From: Eledone cirrhosa
Lineage: Eukaryota
Direction: 5' to 3'
Length of the DNA stretch: 64,000 nt
NCBI GenBank assembly: GCA_964016885.1
Contig: OZ024752.1
Location: 31,062,001 to 31,126,000 of the forward strand
Part shown: positions 57,352 to 64,000 of the stretch, piece by piece
Numbering within the stretch: the stretch's first letter is position 1
Layout of the letters: each line of letters opens with the position of its first letter
Position numbers and translations under genes: made by a program
Notes under the pieces: generated by a model
The model's input: only the letters and a program-made list of their open reading frames with translations
Database searches by the model: none
What the model was told of the DNA's origin: nothing

Positions 57352-57778
57352 CACCCGGTATACTGTGGGAATCCACCTATATAATATATATATATATATC
57401 ACCCGGTATACTGTGGGAATCCACCTATATAATATATATATATATATCACCCGGTATACTGTGGGAATCCACCTATATAATATATATATATATATTTATA
57501 TATCACCCGGTATACTGTGGGAATCCACCTATATAATATATATATATATATCACTCGGTATACTGTGGGAATCCACCTATATATATATATATATATATAT
57601 ATCACCTGGTATACTGTGGGAATCCACCTATATAATATATATATATCACTCGGTATACTGTGGGAATCCACCTATATATATATATATATATATATATATC
57701 ACCCGGTATACTGTGGGAATCCACCTATATAATATATATATATATATATCACCCGGTATACTGTGGGAATCCACCTAT
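57352..57778 (+). repeat. Nine-copy array of CACCCGGTATACTGTGGGAATCCACCTA separated by variable (TA)n
   Basis: Units start at 57352, 57400, 57448, 57504, 57552, 57603, 57647, 57700 and 57750. Confidence 0.95.
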
Positions 57779-58480
57779 ATATATATATTTTATATATAAA
57801 TGAAAGGTATAGAAAGTATTGTAGCAAGAAGCCAACAGTAAATATATATATATATATATATATTTATAATTGTTTCTACGTTAAGCACAAGGCCAGCAAA
57901 TACCCAGTGTATTACTGGTACTTTATTTTATCGACCCCGTAAGGATGAAAGGCAAAAAATATGTGTAGTTTGTGTCTTTCATGAGCCTTGTATATGTTTC
58001 AGCTTGTTTCGTTGTGAAAGGTAACGAAATAGGCCAAATCCACAGAAAGATGACAAAACAGGTACAATTAATTTGTTAAATTCCTGTATATAATACAATA
58101 AAAGATATCAACAAGAATTTCACCAAACAACAATACTGACGGTACAATTAAACAAGCCACTGTGTATATACACACTCACACTGGCCATAGATGCAAAAAC
58201 ATATACATAACACTCCCAAACACGCACACCTTGTCAGTGAATAAGAAAACTGCTCCTGCTGCTATCACTACTACTATTACTACTCTTACTATTATTACTA
58301 CTACTATTAGTAGTATTGCTATTAGTATTACTATTACTGCTGCTGCTACTGTTTAAAGTGACTGCTGAACATTGTCGTTTTGTTATCGCCGTCACTAAAC
58401 ATTCAAGTGACGCCGTTGCATCAAACGGCCCAAACCTTTTTTTTTTCCTCTCTCCCCTTGTTGTTATTTTTTTTCCAACC

Positions 58481-58564
58481 ATGTCTCGAAGGAACTATTG
58501 GAGTAGAAATGAAATTAGTATGTTTATAAAATATACCTTGTTTTCACTCAACTTTCTATTTTGG
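58481..58564 (+). CDS. Tetraspanin (TspanC8 subgroup, TSPAN5/14/17/33-like), first coding exon
   Basis: CAACC-ATG context. MSRRNYWSRNEISMFIKYTLFSLNFLFW matches the TspanC8 N-terminus/TM1 (…EVSCCIKYFIFGFNVIFW) and is followed by a canonical phase-0 GTAAGT donor directly after the Trp codon. I found no exon 2 in the window. Confidence 0.9.
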
Positions 58565-59340
58565 GTAAGTTTTATATGATAAATTCTATAATATACACAT
58601 CTAGCTATATACACATCTAGCTATATACACATCTAGCTATATTCATATATATTTTCTTTGTATATATATATATATATAAACATACATATATATAAACATA
58701 CATACATACACACATTAAGTATATATATATATAGATAGAAAGAGAGAAAGAGAGGGATAGATATATATTGGGCTTCCTGATGATTTCTCCCGAATGAAAC
58801 AGTTCTAGTCCTGTAGAAGCTATTTCTATGTATTGATATGTATTGAGTACATAACTTACTGTGGCTACCCCCGATTGAACCCGGGGATAAACATATATAT
58901 ATATATAAACATATATATATATATACACACACACATTAAGTATATATATATATATATATATATGTAGGTAAAATTTAAAAGTGAAATTTTTTCTTTAATC
59001 CGGCAGAATGAATATTTATATAATTGTTACATTAAACGAATTTAAATTTTGTCATATATATAAATATATGTGTGTGTGTGTATATAATGTAGGAATGTTA
59101 TTGTTGTGGTACTATTACTACTGATAATAATTGTTTCTACTATTGGCACAGGGCCAGCAATCACACAGTACATTACTGGTACTTTATTTTATCGACCCCT
59201 TAAGATATGAAAGGCAAAGTTAACCTCGGCGGAATTTGAACTGAGAAAATGATCGGTTCTCATTTAGTTACCAATAATAATTCTGCTATTAGTTATATAT
59301 ATATACTCTCATTCTTTTGCTTTATTTCAAATTTCTTTGA

Positions 59341-59375
<35 letters not shown>

Positions 59376-59668
59376 CATACATAGAGAGCTCTCTTTCTCT
59401 CCATTCTCTAGTCTTTTAATCCCAGCTCCCTCCCTCTCATTTTGTTATTCTCTGCGGTACCATTTCTATTTCTAACATGCTACACAATTTAGATTTTCAA
59501 ATTTTCGCTTTGAACACGCAGCAATTTAAAAAAAAAAAATCTATTTTTATACAAGAAATTGTTATATCACAGCTCACAAAGTCATATATATATATGCACA
59601 CACACACATGCATATATAGATACATGATATATATATATATATATAAACACCCACCAAACAAAACAAGC

Positions 59669-59700
<32 letters not shown>

Positions 59701-59774
59701 GGTAATATCAAATATTATCCAATTACAAGTATGAAAGTAGCTCAATGTGAAATAAGTTTATTATAGAGCCGAAA

Positions 59775-59830
<56 letters not shown>

Positions 59831-60184
59831 CTTAAACAAGCTATATATCTACCTTTCTTTATATGGCTTGTTTTGTTTGGTGGGTGTATATATATATGCA
59901 TGTGTGTGTGATGTAAATGTAAATACTTCGCAATTATTGCTATTAAAAAAACAATAACAACAACAACAAACCACAAATAAAATAGCATTTCTGTTTTCTA
60001 TGTTTATTTTTGGAAAATATTTTAAATATATATTTTCTTAATTATTTTTCCTTTCGGTGCGGACTTAGACAAGTGTCTGTTTGTCTGTCTCTTCCTATAC
60101 ATACATGTACATACATATCTTACTCACATGTATGTATGTATATATATATAAATGAAAATAGAGAAATTAATGTGAGCAAGAAGC

Positions 60185-60236
<52 letters not shown>

Positions 60237-60342
60237 TTTTTTATTTAAGTTTAATCGATACAAAAATACACCGAGATTGTGTTTCTCAATTTTCTCGTTC
60301 TATATGCATGTACAAAATAGCAGTTTCTCTATTGATATTATC

Positions 60343-60391
<49 letters not shown>

Positions 60392-60724
60392 CGAAGGCAG
60401 TGTGGTAAGGGACCAGAAGGACCATAACGCACCAGAGTACTCAAAACTTAGGGTAGTAGAGTGGGTAATATGAAAATGTTAAAGACCCTCGACGGCTAAT
60501 TCTAGACGCTGCTTGAGCTCTGTCGTCGGGGTCTTGAACATTTATATATATATATATATGCCTTTATGTATCGTTTAAACTTGTAATATATATATAAGCA
60601 AAACATCTCTTATTCTTTCTTCTAACCAATATAAGCATTGAGCTGACTGAAACATATTTGGTGATATACTATCATATATAACTCTCTACATACATATTGA
60701 GTTATATATATTGAATTACCTTTG

Positions 60725-60785
<61 letters not shown>

Positions 60786-61108
60786 TTACTCTTTTACCTG
60801 TTCCAGCCATCCGACTGAGGCCTTGCTGGGGCACCGCCCTTGTTGCCACACATTTTATCTCCAGCCTGTATTGGTTGGCCCCAATTGTGTAAGAGGGAGT
60901 TCGTTGCTGCTGCCCTTAGGTTTCCCTATATATATATTGTTGCCTGATGACCCTGTGATAAACAGGCGAAACTCCAGAATAACAAGACTCTATTTCGCCT
61001 TAATAAAATTTATATATATATATATATATACACATATATACATATATATATAAGTAGAAGTGGTATTTAATTTGTGCGAAGTCCGACAAACATAAATGTT
61101 TATAACTG

Positions 61109-61143
<35 letters not shown>

Positions 61144-61611
61144 AGGTCGACTTTGCTTGGCCACATCCAAAGCTTCGATTTTACTAAGCTTCCACATATA
61201 TAAATATATGTGTGTGTGTGTGTTCTTCCGAAGAGTTTGTTTTGGTAAAAACAGGAGCAAGCAAGGGAAAGCTCTCAACATTCGTAGTTTGTAGTTACGA
61301 TGGAGATTCAATAAACATTAATAAAGATGCTGAACGATTTATGTAACTTCAGCATTTTTATTAATGTTATTATTATAATAATATATATATATATATATAT
61401 ATAATTGTAATATATATATATATAAAACGAAGGAGGTGTGGTAAAGATGGACCATAACGCACCAGAGTACTCGATACTTAAGGTAGTAGAGTCGGTAATA
61501 GGAAAATGTTTAACCCCGACGGCAGAGCTCAAACCGTTTCTGTAGCTATTTCTGGACTCCAGAAATAGCCGTTGAAACGGCTTGAGCTCTGCCGTCGGGG
61601 TTAACCATTTT

Positions 61612-61674
<63 letters not shown>

Positions 61675-62296
61675 GTGTGTGTATGCAATCCGACATGTGT
61701 ATTAGACCCATCTATCTAAACATATTATATATTGCTGTATATGTTTATAAGAGGAGTGAATGTCTCGTTTCCGATATCTCTTATGGAATCTGTTGTTGTT
61801 TTCCTTCAAAGAATCTTGTAAAGCTAAAGAACGACGTTAAAAATATATGCGTTCGTTTGTTGACTGCCTGAAAACAAAGACCAAAGACATGAAAAATATG
61901 ATTTAATTTTCTATAATAGGATTTAGTCTGCTCCGGCAGCTGTAGTTTAATAACAATTAACCCCTTACTCCCCCATCGCTGGGCACTTTGCGTAATTATT
62001 TAAAATAGTTAAGATATAAAACATAATATCCAAGTCTGTCAAACGAAGGGAATTGAACGAGAGATGCAAACATGCGTAAACATTTAAATCAAAACATGGA
62101 AATCTAAAAATGGTTTCTTGTTTGATGGTGTTGATAACACATACATACACACACACATATATATATATATTATATATATATTTAAAGGTTAAACAAGGTT
62201 CAATGAATAAATCAAAGAATTAGTTTTACAATAGATTGGAAGCACTCAACAGAAATCTTAACCATCTACTATGTCAGGGTATGTCATGCATCATCT

Positions 62297-62363
62297 TATT
62301 TTATCTGATGAGGACGTACTGTTGAAGTTAGCTCAGTACCTCTGAAATATGTATAATAAAATA
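62297..62363 (+). ncRNA. Type I hammerhead (family A relative with a different stem II)
   Basis: TATTTTAT-CTGATGA-GGAC-GTACTG…CAGTAC-CTCT-GAAA-TATGTA-TA-ATAAAATA. Confidence 0.8.
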
Positions 62364-62415
62364 TACTTGATCACAAGAAGTTCTATTTTTGTTAATATTT
62401 TGAATTAATATATTA

Positions 62416-62543
<128 letters not shown>

Positions 62544-64000
62544 TCTCTGTGTGTATATATTTATATATAGGTGAAATTCCTCATGTGTATTGGGAGGTGA
62601 CCACAGTTAAAAAAAGGTATTCGATACTTTAGTAGAGTAATTGCATCTTTATTATGTTATAGTGTGGTAAGATTCCAGGTGGACCATAACGCACCAGAGT
62701 ACTCGATACTTAGGGTAGTAGAGTGGATAATAGGAAAAGAGTCAGGACCCCGACGGCTGAGCTCCGGCCGTTTCGACAGCTAGATCCGAACGCCCCCCCC
62801 CCCTCTCTCTCTCTGTATATATATATAGTGTGTATGTGAGTCTTTCTCCTTTGAATAGAATAACCTACATTTTACAGCTTTCCGGTAACACTATAATTAT
62901 ATAAATATATGTATATATAATACCACATTTCGTTTATTTTATTTATACATGTATATGTATATATATGACTATCAGTTTATTAATGAGTGTTTTTTTTAAT
63001 CTCAACAACAAGTGCCAGTTCGTGCTACCAATAAATATTCGTTTCCATGGTTTGTAAACAAGCCCCCCCACACACACACTCTATAAAACAAGACATTTTA
63101 ATAAATACTAGCAAAGATAGAAAGAAAATAATTACTATTTTGGTTTTATTTTAACTACAAGCTTTTTGATTGAAATGCCCTTTAATTCTCGTATTTTTAA
63201 TTATTTTAATTTTTATTTTATGTCTAAATGTAGGATTCCCAGCCATTCACTTAAAAACTAAATGTCAGTGTTGTTGATCTTGTAACAAGTTTCTTGTTTA
63301 ACCCCAGGTCAGTTCTGATCGAGCAAACCCACGATCAAAGACATTCCAACCATGAACATCCCTGTACTTTTAGAGAGATATCTAAATATATATTGTTTCT
63401 TCTAGGTGTCTTATTTGTTTAGGACGATAGTAGTAGTGGTGGTGTGTGATTTAAGGGTGATTTGGTTTCTATATCAAACAAACCAAAGAGACCCCCACAG
63501 AGCCTCCTTCACTGGTTCGTAAATGTCAGTTTTACCATACTGTGTATTTTCCTGTGATTCTTCTTGCTAGTTATTTTTTTAGGACTCTCACATATGAAAA
63601 CGACCATAATCAGGTTGTTGATGTCTTTATCTATCTAATAAGACCAAGCTGTTGTGATTATTCCATGAGTGACCCTCGGTGGTATCCAGTGCTGGATTTT
63701 GGACAAACGAGGCCCTGTGCTAGTTAAGTTATGCGGCCCCAAACATTGCAAAAATTAATCATAAAAACATTTTTTGGCAGACGGAGCCCTGTGCTGAATC
63801 ACACCTGAGCACAACGGTAAACCCGGCACTGGGGGGTATCCCCCCCACTTTTGTAGAATTTGTTTTATTTTTAAACGTATATTCTTTAGTCTTTTTCATA
63901 AATCTTTCTCTTACACACGCAGCACTCCCCTCCCACACTGTACCGTTTTGTACCATCCTTATTGTCCTCTTAATGTAAAACCCTGTGTGGCTAATAAAGA

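Noticed and set aside
57352-57778. CRISPR-like appearance (28-bp repeats with spacers)
   Set aside because: The spacers are only (TA)n, there are no cas genes, the context is eukaryotic, and the repeat is an element terminus.
60940-60990. CTGATGA-CCCTG…CAGGC-GAAA hammerhead candidate (also a remnant near 17855-17885)
   Set aside because: Stems I and III are poorly paired; probably decayed copies, so not listed as features.
63542-63727. Possible tetraspanin exon 2 after TTTTTTTAG at about 63582
   Set aside because: Phase-0 translation stops after four codons and shows no TM1 continuation.

Overview
This is eukaryotic, AT-rich, microsatellite-dense animal DNA. The dominant tRNA-type SINE (…TGAGTTCAAATCCCGCCGAGGTTAACTTTGCCTTTCATCCTTACGGGGTCGATAAAATAAAGTACCAG…) resembles the SINEs I know from octopod cephalopods; this is an inference, not a search result. 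Nearly all long ORFs in the track are translations of simple repeats. The only confident host coding sequence is exon 1 of a TspanC8-type tetraspanin (58481-58564, +). A speculative phase-compatible three-exon chain lies on the minus strand at 7-13 kb. The rest is transposon material: more than 20 SINE copies; 3' fragments of CRE, R4/Dong-like, RTE, CR1 and Tx1-like LINEs; hAT and piggyBac-type MITEs with visible TSDs; and Penelope-like element (PLE) GIY-YIG fragments of Naiad and Neptune type. The main hidden signal is in the short unique islands inside (TA)n tracts. They are PLE-type 3' termini from roughly ten unrelated families, most carrying a hand-parsable type I hammerhead ribozyme (about 25 intact or degenerate motifs). 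Many form fold-back palindromes that pivot at the ribozyme, several share a TTGAGTRCT-like subterminal motif, and one has its last 28 nt reiterated nine times with (TA)n spacers. All RNA structures were paired by eye and need covariance-model and biochemical confirmation.
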